Origin: Candidatus Atelocyanobacterium thalassa isolate ALOHA
GTDB lineage: Bacteria; Cyanobacteriota; Cyanobacteriia; Cyanobacteriales; Microcystaceae
Length of the DNA: 32,000 nt
Direction: 5' to 3'
Assembly (NCBI RefSeq): GCF_000025125.1
Contig: NC_013771.1
Location: 90,001 to 122,000, forward strand
Position numbers and translations under genes: made by a program. This document shows positions 31,216-32,000 of the stretch, in pieces (the first letter of the stretch is position 1; every line of letters begins with the position of its first letter). A model generated the notes under the pieces. It was not told the origin of the DNA and ran no database searches. It worked only from the letters and a program-made list of their open reading frames with translations.

Positions 31216-32000
31216 ATGGCAGGGAATCGAGCAAGAATAGCAGTAGATGCTATGGGAGGAGACTATGCTCCTATAGAAATCATAAAAGGGGCTATCCGAG
31301 CCTCAAAAGAATTAGATGTTGACATCTTGTTGGTAGGTAATCGTCAGCAAATTCAAGCATCTTTTCAAGATAGTAGTAAATTTTCTAATATTGAAATAGT
31401 AGATGCAGATGAAATAATTGCTATGCACGAAGGGATCAACGAACTTCGTCGTAAGCCTAAAGCTTCAATTAATGTTGCTATGGACTTAGTTAAGAAAAAT
31501 CGTGCAGATGCAGTAATCTCTGCTGGACATTCTGGAGCAGCAATGGGAGCTGCTACTCTCAAGTTAGGTCGCCTGAAAGGTATTGATCGTCCAGCTATTG
31601 GAGCCGTTTTTCCAACTCTCATAGCAAATAAGTCAGTTATTGTCTTGGATGTAGGAGCTAATGTAGATTGTCGTCCTAAATATTTAGAGCAATTTGCTTT
31701 AATGGGAACAATCTATAGTAAGTATGTGATGGGAATCAACACTCCTAAGGTAGGATTACTTAACATTGGAGAAGAATCTAGTAAAGGAAATGATCTTGCT
31801 TTAGCAACTCATAAGTTATTAGAAAATAATGAAACAATTCCTTTTATTGGTAATGCTGAAGGAAGAGATATACTTTCAGGAAAATTTGATGTTATTGTTT
31901 GTGACGGTTTTGTAGGTAATGTTTTACTTAAGTTTGCCGAAGCTGTTGGTGACGTAGTATTGCAAATTATGCATGAGGAACTACCTCAAGGCTGGAGAGG
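31216..32000 (+). CDS. plsX: Phosphate acyltransferase PlsX, 5' part (runs off the window end)
   Basis: Hand translation from the ATG at 31216 gives MAGNRARIAVDAMGGDYAPIEIIKGAIRASKEL...AVISAGHSGAAMGAATLKLGRLKGIDRPAIG...VCDGFVGNVLLKF. It is open to 32000 and absent from the ORF track because no stop falls within the window. Confidence 0.9.
   Translation, partial: MAGNRARIAVDAMGGDYAPIEIIKGAIRASKELDVDILLVGNRQQIQASFQDSSKFSNIEIVDADEIIAMHEGINELRRKPKASINVAMDLVKKNRADAVISAGHSGAAMGAATLKLGRLKGIDRPAIGAVFPTLIANKSVIVLDVGANVDCRPKYLEQFALMGTIYSKYVMGINTPKVGLLNIGEESSKGNDLALATHKLLENNETIPFIGNAEGRDILSGKFDVIVCDGFVGNVLLKFAEAVGDVVLQIMHEELPQGWR

Overview
AT-rich window (about 30% GC by eye; the few lines I counted gave 25-30%) carrying densely packed cyanobacterial housekeeping genes. 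No CRISPR array, transposase, integrase, phage module or recognisable defence island is visible. Gene content, left to right: lepA, modA, a frameshifted pgm, coaD, crtE plus a DUF212/PAP2-like gene, the group-1 sigma factor, a membrane pentapeptide-repeat protein, tRNA-Arg(ACG), a 2Fe-2S ferredoxin, a GT39/ArnT-like glycosyltransferase, a Na+/solute symporter, rplU-rpmA, a rhodanese, hrcA, TRAP dctQM, an MlaF/MlaD (TGD3/TGD2-like) pair, crtP-crtB, an orphan hicB-like antitoxin, ychF and the 5' part of plsX. Two items are missing from the ORF track: a 33-codon petL-like ORF and the plsX 5' fragment that runs off the window end. The combination of low GC, no mobile DNA, one broken core gene and several transporter or toxin-antitoxin subunits without their partners fits a reduced-genome (symbiont-like) unicellular cyanobacterium. 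That lineage call is inference only. I do not see a convincing novel multi-gene system. The best leads are: the single-base frameshift in pgm; the unannotated petL-like ORF with its hairpin; a 24-bp perfect terminator hairpin; the orphan HicB; an uncharacterised pair (DUF1517-C-like protein plus a lipoprotein with an Arg/Ser-rich tail); and the tight crtE-DUF212 pairing.
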